Shown: positions 1 through 8,103, counted from the stretch's first letter. The stretch: 64,000 nucleotides of DNA from a virus (IMGVR_UViG_3300030330_006019:1-64000); one strand, 5' to 3'. The notes: generated from the letters alone by a model not told the origin. A program made the numbers and translations.

Positions 1-50
1 TAATGTCCTTTAATTTTATATTTTTAAGTACTTTCATATTTTATAATTTG

Positions 51-124
51 TGAACCAGGAAGGATTCGAACCTTCGACCTACAGCTTAGAAGGCTGTTGC
101 TCTATCCAGCTGAGCTACTGGTCC
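51..124 (-). tRNA. tRNA-Arg (anticodon UCU)
   Basis: Reverse complement GGACCAGTAGCTCAGCTGGATAGAGCAACAGCCTTCTAAGCTGTAGGTCGAAGGTTCGAATCCTTCCTGGTTCA folds into a cloverleaf with anticodon loop CTTCTAA and T-loop GTTCGAA; no encoded CCA. Confidence 0.96.
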
Positions 125-152
125 AGCTCCCGGCCGCCGCACCACCACACCT

Positions 153-178
153 GCGAAGTCTCACATGCGATGCGGCAC
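153..178. repeat. Left copy of GC-rich imperfect inverted repeat (partner 6839-6865)
   Basis: Reverse complement gtgccgcatcgcatgtgagacttcgc aligns to 6839-6865 gtgcgacatcgcatgtgcgaacttcgc at 23/27 positions. Confidence 0.75.
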
Positions 179-181
179 CCA

Positions 182-343
182 TTACAATTCCTTTAAGAAG
201 TGATACAACCACACTACCAGACATATTGGCCATGCAAGGACCATTAACGTCCGCATAGGCCAGTCAATGTTGATTCTCAATGGATGGTTGATGAGTTCCA
301 TAGTGAATGTAAATATAATTCCTATAAGTAAATAATTAATCAT
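182..343 (-). CDS. Small membrane protein (53 aa, below the ORF-track cutoff)
   Basis: Manual translation MINYLLIGIIFTFTMELINHPLRINIDWPMRTLMVLAWPICLVVWLYHFLKEL; two hydrophobic segments. Confidence 0.65.
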   Translation of the reverse strand: MINYLLIGIIFTFTMELINHPLRINIDWPMRTLMVLAWPICLVVWLYHFLKEL

Positions 344-352
344 AATTGTGTT

Positions 353-634
353 TTAATAATATATACATAAATTGTCATTACACAAATCACTACCTGTAAA
401 ATAGAGTTGGTTGACATTGTGTCCGTTGTGGTTGGGGTCAAAGTTTACAGCATCCCAGTCACAGCATACCTCTTCAAATTCAATTTGGCGTTCACAACTA
501 GTAAACACAACAAGTAATAGTATTGACATTAAACCTGCTCCACTACAATTGTGTATAGCAGCTTTTATTTTTTCCTGTTCAATCCATACCCAGTAGGCAT
601 GCCATGATTTGATTTTATTGATTATTGTTTTCAT
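353..634 (-). CDS. Hypothetical, possible lipoprotein with one degenerate CxD..NFDP..C repeat
   Basis: LLLVVFTSC lipobox-like segment followed by CCDWDAVNFDP...CNDNLCIY; true start may be internal. Confidence 0.5.
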   Translation of the reverse strand: MKTIINKIKSWHAYWVWIEQEKIKAAIHNCSGAGLMSILLLVVFTSCERQIEFEEVCCDWDAVNFDPNHNGHNVNQLYFTGSDLCNDNLCIYY

Positions 635-639
635 ATGTT

Positions 640-1191
640 TTATTTATATATTCGACTATTACGCCAGTTACGAAATGCAAATTCGATTTCAGGGTCTATT
701 GATTCCTGCATGCTCTTAATCTCAACAACTGGTTCTGGGAACATGGTTGCAAGTATCTCCATAATGCGTCGGCGTTGTATGCCACTTATTTGTTTGTTGG
801 CCAAAGCCTTTTCGACATGTGCAGTAGCACGGTCACGACAATCCATCTCCATCCAATCAATGGCAACCTCAAGGACACGCTCTAGGTCACTATGAGTATA
901 CTCACGAATAGGTTTGATATTGCGAGGAGTAGTGGATAGTGTAGTCTTGTCAGTTGACGACTTGCCACCACGAAGGCCACGCATAATACCATAACCACTA
1001 CGTGCAGCCAACTTGTTGATTCGCCTAGCAGTTTCCTTGTCGGTTATTTGAATAGTATTACCGGTTTTGTGATATGTAATATCGACACAGGCAACAGCCT
1101 CCTCGGTACTACAATCAACACATACATTATAGCCAAGACTAACCCGACCAGCAGGAATAGTGCACTGACATGATTTACAGATAGCTGACAT
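640..1191 (-). CDS. TraR/DksA-like C4 zinc-finger protein
   Basis: N-terminal CKSCQCTIPAGR...CVDC matches the CxxC-x-IP-x-R...CxxC pattern. Confidence 0.6.
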   Translation of the reverse strand: MSAICKSCQCTIPAGRVSLGYNVCVDCSTEEAVACVDITYHKTGNTIQITDKETARRINKLAARSGYGIMRGLRGGKSSTDKTTLSTTPRNIKPIREYTHSDLERVLEVAIDWMEMDCRDRATAHVEKALANKQISGIQRRRIMEILATMFPEPVVEIKSMQESIDPEIEFAFRNWRNSRIYK

Positions 1192-1218
1192 AATCTAGTT
1201 TGTTTTTTATTTGATAAT

Positions 1219-1274
1219 TAAATATAACCATAATAGTTGGGAAATAAAAATTATTGATGAAAAAGTTATTAACA
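1219..1274 (-). promoter_or_regulatory. Class-1 promoter (TTCCCAA..GTTATATTTA) with upstream TGTTAATAACTT box
   Basis: Same composite motif recurs upstream of genes at 3986, 5358, 5629, 12141 and 12685; TATATTTR resembles the Bacteroidota -7 box TAnnTTTG. Confidence 0.7.
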
Positions 1275-1721
1275 ATTTACACCACTATAACCCAGAGCAT
1301 GTGTATGGTATCGGTATAGACCATCCTGTCCTTTACGGATATATTCGTAATCACCATTGCCTATCAGTCTACGCCTTGGTGTCATTAGGCTACGATAGTG
1401 TCCACTACTGAAACTACCACCACGGTGATTGACTGGATGGTATTCCATGTTGCTAAACAGGTAGTGGTATTCCATACTCATTTCAGTCCATGTACAGGGT
1501 CCAGTTTGTTTCACAAAATCGAGCAGAGCTCGAATTATACCGCCATTCTTAAAGTAGAATCCTTGTGGTACCTGTTGTCCCTTGGCACTATATTCCTGTT
1601 CGATACTTTCTATCCTTGTCTGATATGGATAGTTATCGGATGTACCTTTTGCCTCTACATAATCTCTAAACCACTTTGGTGCTCGAGGGTCATGTGTTTG
1701 TTTTTCAATGTTGTCTTTCAT
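1269..1721 (-). CDS. Hypothetical protein
   Basis: 150-aa ORF, co-oriented, AT-rich leader. Confidence 0.7.
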   Translation of the reverse strand: MKDNIEKQTHDPRAPKWFRDYVEAKGTSDNYPYQTRIESIEQEYSAKGQQVPQGFYFKNGGIIRALLDFVKQTGPCTWTEMSMEYHYLFSNMEYHPVNHRGGSFSSGHYRSLMTPRRRLIGNGDYEYIRKGQDGLYRYHTHALGYSGVNC

Positions 1722-1807
1722 ATTATCTATATTTAATTGGTTTTATACTTTTATAGTGTTAAACACTCTTCTACTACTATCACTTATATACAAGAAAAAT
1801 TGGGCTC

Positions 1808-1939
1808 CTGTACAAAGACGGACTAATGCTTAATGCTACACACACATATCTTGCTGTTAACAAGAAATAGTCCGACTGCATTCACTTGCAGATTTTTGTG
1901 TGTTATAGACAGCCACAAGGCCTGTAATAGACCTGTGGC
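1808..1939 (-). ncRNA. Candidate pseudoknotted structured RNA plus adjacent hairpin
   Basis: Stems 1819-1825/1868-1874, 1840-1846/1897-1903 (crossing), 1849-1853/1861-1865, 1876-1880/1887-1891, and hairpin 1912-1939, in an intergenic gap. Confidence 0.45.
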
Positions 1940-1955
1940 ATTGTCCTGTGGTCCT

Positions 1956-3962
1956 CTATTTGGCTAGGAACATTTTATTTAGAGTCCCGGCTAGTTGAGT
2001 TAGGTTGTTGGTGTCTATACTAGCGCTAGAGCGGCCATACATAGCCTTAAATTGACTACTAACGTCGCTACCACCATCTATATAGTAGCTCAGTACCTCT
2101 ATACCACCACTACGCATGTTTTTCACTTGTTTTGCAGTGTGAGTTGCAGCATCATTTCCCCAATAAGCAATTTCACGATTCTCAAAATAAGGTTCTCCGT
2201 CTGATAGGTTAATGAAGTAGCTGTCCATACTACCATTGCTCTCGACCATGTGCTTTTGAATAGCCTCAAAACATAGACCCTCTGGTGTAGTCCCGAGATT
2301 GACACAATATTTGAATAGAGATTTGATAGTTACTATCTTGTCTTTTCTAGAGTCATATGCTATTACGATAGCCGGCGTAGACATACCACCACTCTCTACT
2401 GTAGTTCTGAAACTTATCTGAACGTTGAGGTTACCAACCATGCTAGCTGCTTTAGCTATAGCCACGCAGGTAGTCATTGCTTTTCTGTATCTAGAACCAC
2501 TCATACTACCACTAGCATCTACCGAGATATGTACATTGGCATCATTATGGCTAGTAGTAAATACCTGACTAAATACACTCTCAGCACCATAGCCTAACGA
2601 GCTAATCAATCTTTTATCTATCTTACCTGTATTTAATCGTGTATATTTAAGGCTGTTCTCCTCGTTTCTAACCTGTAGCTTTCTACCAAGTTTTTGACCC
2701 AATACAAGGCCTTGGTCTACAGCATGTTGCCACGCATCACATCTATTATAGTAGTGGTTCTCTGTAAGAAACAAGTCAAATGGATTTTCGTCAATTAGAG
2801 TCTTACTAATACCATTAATAACAATACAGTTAGTACCAGTACCAGTTTCTCGCCAGTTCTTAGAGATACCATTACCAACATTAGTAACCTGTACATCTCC
2901 TTGCTGAATAGCATTTAATGAACTAGCATCTTTCTTACTCATTCCACCTTTTTTAATATCACCCTTTTGGAAACTCTTTTGCTTTTCAATAGCTTTCTTT
3001 AACTGTTGTTTTTGTTTGTCAGTTAAATCCTCTAGGTCAATAGTTGATGTGGTATTACCATTAGTACAATCAGAACCAGTTGTAGTAGAACCATCGTCAT
3101 TAGATTGTCCTTCTGGTGTTTGAGGAGTACCGCCATCTCTATTATTACTTTCTTGTCCATTACCATTACACTCACCTTCACATTCGTTATCCTCTGGTTT
3201 TGGAGCTTCAATATTGCTTTCTATTACTCGGTATATCTCGCACGCAATAGCAAAGGCTTCTTGAGTATCCTTTACATTACCGATATTCTTTAGGTCCATG
3301 ATATTCCATATCTTTCTTAGACCAGGTAATGCGTTGAGGTCTCTATGACTATTAGTAATGTTACAGATACGGAACATATAAGCTTCAAAGGTAGGCATTC
3401 TAAATTCAGAACTAACCAATCCTTTGTCTATAATTTTAGAGTTAAAGTATTTGTCATACATTGAGTGGTAGTAACCTTTATAACCAGGAGCAGATTTGAA
3501 TACATAGTTATCAATACGTCTGTCCTCGACAATGTTTAACAAATCTTTTAGATTTTTTAGTATATGCCAATTAGCAGAAGACCTGTCGTAATCATACTTA
3601 ATCATTACTGTATTTATAATATCCTCTGGAATAGACTCTCCTATCTTCTGTAGGAATTCAAAATCAGATAACAATATGTGGCTACCTTCGTGAAGAGCAA
3701 GTCCAACAGCAGGGTCGAAATCCTTGTCCTTTAGACTCGAGCTAATTACAATTGACTTACCATCAGTGTAGCTATTACCATTAGTTTTGAATTTAACGGG
3801 AACGTGTTTACCTGTTACAATGTTAACAAAGTTAGCGATTGCTCGTTGGTAACCAGCTAGCTTGATGAGGTCCTTACCAGGTTTCTTAGTTGATTCACCT
3901 GTCAGAATGTCAATGTCATTGTCATAATTGTCATTTAACCAAAAGCTTGAATAATTTGTCAT
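1956..3962 (-). CDS. VWA-domain protein with N-terminal HExxH metallopeptidase-like domain (CobT-like partner of AAA+ ATPase)
   Basis: HEGSH and EDRRID in the N-terminal part, acidic Gly/Asn linker, MIDAS DASGSMS...GTTPE...LSDGEP at the C-terminus. Confidence 0.88.
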   Translation of the reverse strand: MTNYSSFWLNDNYDNDIDILTGESTKKPGKDLIKLAGYQRAIANFVNIVTGKHVPVKFKTNGNSYTDGKSIVISSSLKDKDFDPAVGLALHEGSHILLSDFEFLQKIGESIPEDIINTVMIKYDYDRSSANWHILKNLKDLLNIVEDRRIDNYVFKSAPGYKGYYHSMYDKYFNSKIIDKGLVSSEFRMPTFEAYMFRICNITNSHRDLNALPGLRKIWNIMDLKNIGNVKDTQEAFAIACEIYRVIESNIEAPKPEDNECEGECNGNGQESNNRDGGTPQTPEGQSNDDGSTTTGSDCTNGNTTSTIDLEDLTDKQKQQLKKAIEKQKSFQKGDIKKGGMSKKDASSLNAIQQGDVQVTNVGNGISKNWRETGTGTNCIVINGISKTLIDENPFDLFLTENHYYNRCDAWQHAVDQGLVLGQKLGRKLQVRNEENSLKYTRLNTGKIDKRLISSLGYGAESVFSQVFTTSHNDANVHISVDASGSMSGSRYRKAMTTCVAIAKAASMVGNLNVQISFRTTVESGGMSTPAIVIAYDSRKDKIVTIKSLFKYCVNLGTTPEGLCFEAIQKHMVESNGSMDSYFINLSDGEPYFENREIAYWGNDAATHTAKQVKNMRSGGIEVLSYYIDGGSDVSSQFKAMYGRSSASIDTNNLTQLAGTLNKMFLAK

Positions 3963-3985
3963 AGTTTAATCATTTATTTATAATA

Positions 3986-4062
3986 TAAATATAACTAGAA
4001 TAATTGGGAAATAAAAATTTTTTCACTATTATTTTAGAAAGTTATTAACATAGTTATTAACA
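3986..4062 (-). promoter_or_regulatory. Class-1 promoter with two TGTTAATAAC boxes
   Basis: taaatataactagaataattgggaa at 3986-4010; aagttattaaca 4039-4050 and agttattaaca 4052-4062. Confidence 0.7.
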
Positions 4063-4107
4063 ACCTAACTCCACCCCAAGCAATAAAGCCAGGGCAGAGA
4101 GGTTGTT
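4059..4107 (-). terminator. Long G.U-rich hairpin after the AAA+ gene (terminator or stabilising stem)
   Basis: aacaacct/aggttgtt outer stem with inner ctc/gag and tgccct/ggggtg pairs on the minus strand; no clear U-tract. Confidence 0.45.
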
Positions 4108-4118
4108 CCAGTCGCTTA

Positions 4119-5324
4119 TTACTGGTTATCGTTATCGGCACCATCAACATCTTCAGTATTGAAGAGGTCTTCATCAGTACCATCGTCGCAAAACTTTTGA
4201 ACAAGTTGCTTAACGAAGGTTCTTTCGCTATCAGCTCCACCCGCATCATCGTATTGTGGATACATAATAACCTCAGCAGCTTCTGTTAAACTAAACCCGT
4301 CGTAAACAAGGCTAGTCATTTCAACACAAGCTCTGGTAGAAATACTTGTAGAGATTCTCGCTACTTCACTCTTAACCTCAACACGGGTAGCATGAGCGAT
4401 TTCAGAAATGGCATTAACAGTATTGGAATCTACATTTGGAAATAGTTTTGTTAACAAAGCAAATTCCTCAGATGCATTTAGAGTATCCATCTCTACAATA
4501 ATGAAACGGTCCAGTAACGCTCTGTCCATAACACGTGTAGCTGTATACTCATTACCAATATTAGCCGTAGCAATAAATGTAACTCCTGGAGCAACCTTAA
4601 TAGTTGGACTACCATCAGCCTCATCTAATCTCAAGTATCTCTGACCTTCGTCAAGAACTGTCATAAGAATATTCCAAGCCTCAGGGTGAGCTCTTGAAAG
4701 CTCGTCCATTAGTATAACGGCATTCTCAGTTTGTATGGCTTTCACAAACATTGATTCTGAGAAGAACGTACCACTCTCTTTATTGAAGTGTACATTACCA
4801 ATTAAGGTAGCTCTAGGATCTTGAGTTGCCCCGAGGTTGAAATAAAACTCTGGTCTGTCTAATGCGTTGACAACAGTTTTAGCTGCCATAGTTTTACCGC
4901 ATCCTGCAGGACCAGTCATCATAATGTTTTTACCTCTCATTGCAGACCTAACAAGATATTTCCATTTAAGGTCTTGCATCTTAAGAGTATCTGGTTTTAA
5001 CTCAGGAGATTTCTGAATGAATGCCATTACCTCAGCTTGTTCAGCAGGTACATTAGCAGCAGGTTTATTCAACCACTGGCCATTCAATACAGACGTGGCA
5101 TCTTTAGTCCAATCCTTTTCAGTACTACTATTAGATACTGAGTAGGACATGGCTCCGCCCTCCTTCATTATTACTTTTACGAAGGCTTCTTTTTTAACGG
5201 CCCACGTTAATTTTTGTTTGTTGGCTTTTTCATTTACAGGACATTCATATTGATTGCCAACCTTGTCCGTTAGTACTGGCTTACCACTCTCGTTGATTCC
5301 AGCTTTTAAGATTACATTTTTCAT
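4119..5324 (-). CDS. MoxR/CbbQ/CobS-type AAA+ ATPase
   Basis: Walker A GPAGCGKT, Walker B ILMDE, ATAN sensor, DRALLDRF arginine finger; adjacent to the VWA gene. Confidence 0.92.
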   Translation of the reverse strand: MKNVILKAGINESGKPVLTDKVGNQYECPVNEKANKQKLTWAVKKEAFVKVIMKEGGAMSYSVSNSSTEKDWTKDATSVLNGQWLNKPAANVPAEQAEVMAFIQKSPELKPDTLKMQDLKWKYLVRSAMRGKNIMMTGPAGCGKTMAAKTVVNALDRPEFYFNLGATQDPRATLIGNVHFNKESGTFFSESMFVKAIQTENAVILMDELSRAHPEAWNILMTVLDEGQRYLRLDEADGSPTIKVAPGVTFIATANIGNEYTATRVMDRALLDRFIIVEMDTLNASEEFALLTKLFPNVDSNTVNAISEIAHATRVEVKSEVARISTSISTRACVEMTSLVYDGFSLTEAAEVIMYPQYDDAGGADSERTFVKQLVQKFCDDGTDEDLFNTEDVDGADNDNQ

Positions 5325-5357
5325 AAGCGACTATTTATTGTTGTTTTTATTTATATA

Positions 5358-5435
5358 TAAATATAACTATTAATATTGGGTTTTGTGCTATAACTTATCG
5401 TAAAGTTATTAACAATAATATCAAAGTTATTAACA
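5358..5435 (-). promoter_or_regulatory. Class-1 promoter with two TGTTAATAACTT boxes
   Basis: taaatataac 5358-5367, ttggg 5376-5380, aagttattaaca 5403-5414 and 5424-5435. Confidence 0.7.
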
Positions 5436-5597
5436 TTTTGTAGACAGTTGATCCTCAAGCAATACATAACCAGGATACATATCCAAGGCTTTTGTTTTAG
5501 CGTTGCTGTAGTGAGTTGCTTCCACAGTACAGACCTTTGCAGAGTCTATAGATGGACAGTAAAGATAAACGTCATAAAGATTTTCTAAGTGATTCAT
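5430..5597 (-). CDS. Hypothetical protein (55 aa; start moved to MNHLENL)
   Basis: The ORF-track N-terminus overlaps the promoter at 5629-5660, so the ATG at 5597 is more plausible. Confidence 0.6.
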   Translation of the reverse strand: MNHLENLYDVYLYCPSIDSAKVCTVEATHYSNAKTKALDMYPGYVLLEDQLSTKC

Positions 5598-5628
5598 AGT
5601 ATTATATTTTTTAACCATTATTATACTA

Positions 5629-5660
5629 TAAATATAACTAGAATAATTGGGAAAAAAAAA
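5629..5660 (-). promoter_or_regulatory. Class-1 promoter
   Basis: taaatataactagaataattgggaa, identical to the copy at 3986-4010. Confidence 0.7.
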
Positions 5661-5679
5661 TATTTTCACAACTTTTTTC

Positions 5680-5946
5680 CATGACAATGTGGCACGACCA
5701 GTGGCAAATTTGACATACCATCTATCACTCTTATCGTGAGTCTAGCCATGCCGGATAGTCTAGCTAACGATTACTTTGCCACACTTGTGTCGTGCTCATG
5801 AGTATCATCCAGACTGCCAGAAATGCGCTCCTTCCTAGTCACACTCATGGTTTTTTCAGCCATTTGATTCTCTTGAGCTTCACTATCACTTTGACTAGAG
5901 GATACCATTGCATCTCCTGCCATATCTACCGGTATTGACACAGGAG
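5680..5946 (-). ncRNA. Candidate multi-stem structured RNA overlapping the 3' tail of the KTSC-like ORF
   Basis: Stems 5692-5698/5789-5795, 5701-5708/5775-5782, 5680-5684/5796-5800, 5835-5841/5892-5898, 5914-5919/5941-5946; locally GC-richer. Confidence 0.4.
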
Positions 5947-6181
5947 TCCAGTTGGGATGGCTCTCACAACTCCATCGGCACGGCATTATGTGTCTGTAAT
6001 AGTAATGTAATGCATCGTCTGCTTCACACCACTGTGTCCATCTATCGGGATGTACTCCATGAAACCGGTATATCATGCCTTCCTCGTATACTACTCGTAT
6101 TTCTAGCTTGTTCCAATCGTATGTCGCTACACACCAATCCTGTATTGTTAGTTCTGTATATCTATCAGGATTTGTTGGCAT
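5771..6181 (-). CDS. KTSC-domain-like protein
   Basis: YDWNKLEIRVVYEEGMIYRFHGVHPDRW...YYYRHI fits the KTSC pattern; the C-terminal ~55 aa look like non-conserved tail. Confidence 0.55.
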   Translation of the reverse strand: MPTNPDRYTELTIQDWCVATYDWNKLEIRVVYEEGMIYRFHGVHPDRWTQWCEADDALHYYYRHIMPCRWSCESHPNWTPVSIPVDMAGDAMVSSSQSDSEAQENQMAEKTMSVTRKERISGSLDDTHEHDTSVAK

Positions 6182-6398
6182 TTTGTTTACCCTGTTGTAG
6201 GAGTTGCTGAAGTGTTTCTTGTTTGCCTAACGCATCATCTATATCTGATAGCAACTTATCGCATTCTGCAACTATATCAGGATGCTCTCCTATTGCTGCT
6301 GGGTTATTCAAATAATTCGACAAATTCGCAATTGCTTTCTTTTTCTTTGCCTCATACATTGTATTCAACGCATCCATTATTTCATTAGTTAATTCCAT
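6165..6398 (-). CDS. Conserved small phage protein
   Basis: ANLSNYLNNPAAIGEHPDI motif, recalled from marine T4-like phage hypotheticals; coiled coil. Confidence 0.7.
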   Translation of the reverse strand: MELTNEIMDALNTMYEAKKKKAIANLSNYLNNPAAIGEHPDIVAECDKLLSDIDDALGKQETLQQLLQQGKQNANKS

Positions 6399-6594
6399 TG
6401 TCTTCTCCGTTTGTTATATAATCAATAAAACATGTCAGGTCCTTCCTAACACTAGTTGTTACTTCTCTCCATTCTTCTTTTATCCCACTCTTCAATATCT
6501 GGTCGACTTCCAACATCAGGACTTTCATCCAAGGTTCAATGTCATGATTTGTTGTCGCTAGTCTTTGGTCTTTTTTTGCCATTTTGCTTTGCAT
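6385..6594 (-). CDS. Hypothetical protein
   Basis: Co-oriented, overlaps neighbours in an operon-like chain. Confidence 0.55.
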   Translation of the reverse strand: MQSKMAKKDQRLATTNHDIEPWMKVLMLEVDQILKSGIKEEWREVTTSVRKDLTCFIDYITNGEDNGIN

Positions 6595-6763
6595 CGTGTT
6601 TCTTCTTTACTTTGTCAAGTGCATAACTCCATCTGTCCCGTGTGTCACGATATCGATGTTTGTCTTGCATATCCATTTTTTTGAGTTGAGCGTCAAACTG
6701 TTTTCTTATTCCCAAATCTTCTATTTCTTTTGTTATGTCCCACCAAAAATCTTCCCATGCCAT
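6542..6763 (-). CDS. Hypothetical protein
   Basis: AAGGAG SD 9 nt upstream of ATG. Confidence 0.7.
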   Translation of the reverse strand: MAWEDFWWDITKEIEDLGIRKQFDAQLKKMDMQDKHRYRDTRDRWSYALDKVKKKHDAKQNGKKRPKTSDNKS

Positions 6764-6838
6764 ATTATATTACTCCTTTATATAGCCTTGTAAAGTTGTT
6801 GATAACTTGTAAAGGCAACTTTCTGGTTAGGGTTTGAT

Positions 6839-6880
6839 GTGCGACATCGCATGTGCGAACTTCGCCGGGCCGGGCGGGGG
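6839..6880. repeat. Right copy of GC-rich inverted repeat followed by a G-tract
   Basis: gtgcgacatcgcatgtgcgaacttcgc with internal dyad tcgca-tg-tgcga, then cgggccgggcggggg. Confidence 0.75.
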
Positions 6881-7192
6881 TCAGCCGCACCTGTCATCAA
6901 ATCCATCATTGTTACTACTCTTCTGATTGACCTTTAAGTACTTCTTTCCTAACTCTCGTATTTCATATCTGAATCCTTGATTAGTATTGAAGTTCATTAT
7001 TTCTACAAATTCTTTTGCAGATTTTTCTGTATCAAATTCAAGCGGATCACCATGAGAATCTAACATTAATACTGGTAAATTCTTTTTCTTTCCAACTTCA
7101 TTTGTTGTTGGATTGTAATGCCACTTAATTATAATATAAAACCTGTCTTTTCTACTCATACGTCCAACACAAATAGTATTTCTGTCCATCAT
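6881..7192 (-). CDS. Hypothetical protein
   Basis: Co-oriented ORF with phage-like composition. Confidence 0.65.
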   Translation of the reverse strand: MMDRNTICVGRMSRKDRFYIIIKWHYNPTTNEVGKKKNLPVLMLDSHGDPLEFDTEKSAKEFVEIMNFNTNQGFRYEIRELGKKYLKVNQKSSNNDGFDDRCG

Positions 7193-7457
7193 TTATTAAA
7201 TGTGTTGGTACACAATCCCAGTGTTCAAAGTTTCCAACATTGTAACTATTGACAGCAGTATCTTTATTCTTTACTAACATAAAGTTATTTGCATTCCTAT
7301 ACATTTTTCTAAAAGGTATACCGGTTTGCTTTACATCTCTACATAATACAACTGACTTGATAAACCATAGAAAGTATTCCTTATCATACCACTTTATATC
7401 ATCCATCTTAAAATCACTAGCCAGTTGATTCAAATCAATCTTATTAATATCCATCAC
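7152..7457 (-). CDS. Hypothetical protein
   Basis: Co-oriented; start overlaps the stop of the upstream small ORF. Confidence 0.65.
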   Translation of the reverse strand: MMDINKIDLNQLASDFKMDDIKWYDKEYFLWFIKSVVLCRDVKQTGIPFRKMYRNANNFMLVKNKDTAVNSYNVGNFEHWDCVPTHLINDGQKYYLCWTYE

Positions 7458-7603
7458 TTTTCTTTTTTATCAAAATCTTCCAAGTTTTTCATAAACTTTT
7501 TATGTTGAATTCTACTATCAATCCATGAACTTATCTGAGTAGTTACATACATTCCTAATGCAAAACAACCTACTCCAAATAAAATTATTGCTATTGTTTC
7601 CAT
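7454..7603 (-). CDS. Small membrane protein (49 aa, not in ORF track)
   Basis: Manual translation METIAIILFGVGCFALGMYVTTQISSWIDSRIQHKKFMKNLEDFDKKEK; fills the gap. Confidence 0.6.
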   Translation of the reverse strand: METIAIILFGVGCFALGMYVTTQISSWIDSRIQHKKFMKNLEDFDKKEK

Positions 7604-7606
7604 ATT

Positions 7607-7996
7607 TTACTTCTTTCCTTTTTCTAAATAATTTTGCCATAGTCCTGCAAATACAAACATTGCAGTAAAACTACCAAACATATACAATATAAACCAAGGT
7701 GTGTAAGTCATATCACCATTGATAACAACTGGTATTGCCATTACTAACATCCACACCAAAAAGAATATTAATGGATTCTTTTCCATTTTCTTTTCTATCT
7801 TGACAGTTCTTTCAATGTTCATTAGTCTGGATAACGCATCTTGCATATCTGTACCATAAGCTGGTTGAGTATGTATGCTTCCATCTAATTCTTGTATTGT
7901 AATATTATACTTACAGTAACCTGGATTCTTTTTACTTTTTTCGACTATCTTACACTCGATAGCTCGTCTTCTCTGATATTTACTTTTCTTTGTCAT
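7607..7996 (-). CDS. Membrane protein (two C-terminal TM helices)
   Basis: Hydrophobic LIFFLVWMLVMAIPVVI and WFILYMFGSFTAMFVFAGLW. Confidence 0.75.
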   Translation of the reverse strand: MTKKSKYQRRRAIECKIVEKSKKNPGYCKYNITIQELDGSIHTQPAYGTDMQDALSRLMNIERTVKIEKKMEKNPLIFFLVWMLVMAIPVVINGDMTYTPWFILYMFGSFTAMFVFAGLWQNYLEKGKK

Positions 7997-8103
7997 TTTT
8001 ACTTATTAAATTATTATACATCCATAATTCTATTGGACTTAAACCTTCATGCCAATTATTAAAATCTTTAACAGTTAGATTTGACATTTCATTTTTTATT
8101 CTA

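Noticed and set aside
51-124. tRNA as prophage attachment site, or tRNA-linked theta ribozyme
   Set aside because: No integrase or duplicated tRNA 3' end is seen, and the 50-nt 3' trailer in the window is AT-rich and unstructured.
206-290. Long hairpin (tggcc-atgc-ggac/gtcc-gcat-ggcca) considered as an ncRNA or SRP-like RNA
   Set aside because: It lies inside a plausible 53-aa membrane-protein ORF (182-343) and lacks SRP consensus loops; mRNA structure cannot be excluded.
1956-5324. cobS/cobT cobalamin biosynthesis genes
   Set aside because: No CobN or other cobalamin genes are present; a generic AAA+/VWA pair explains the motifs.
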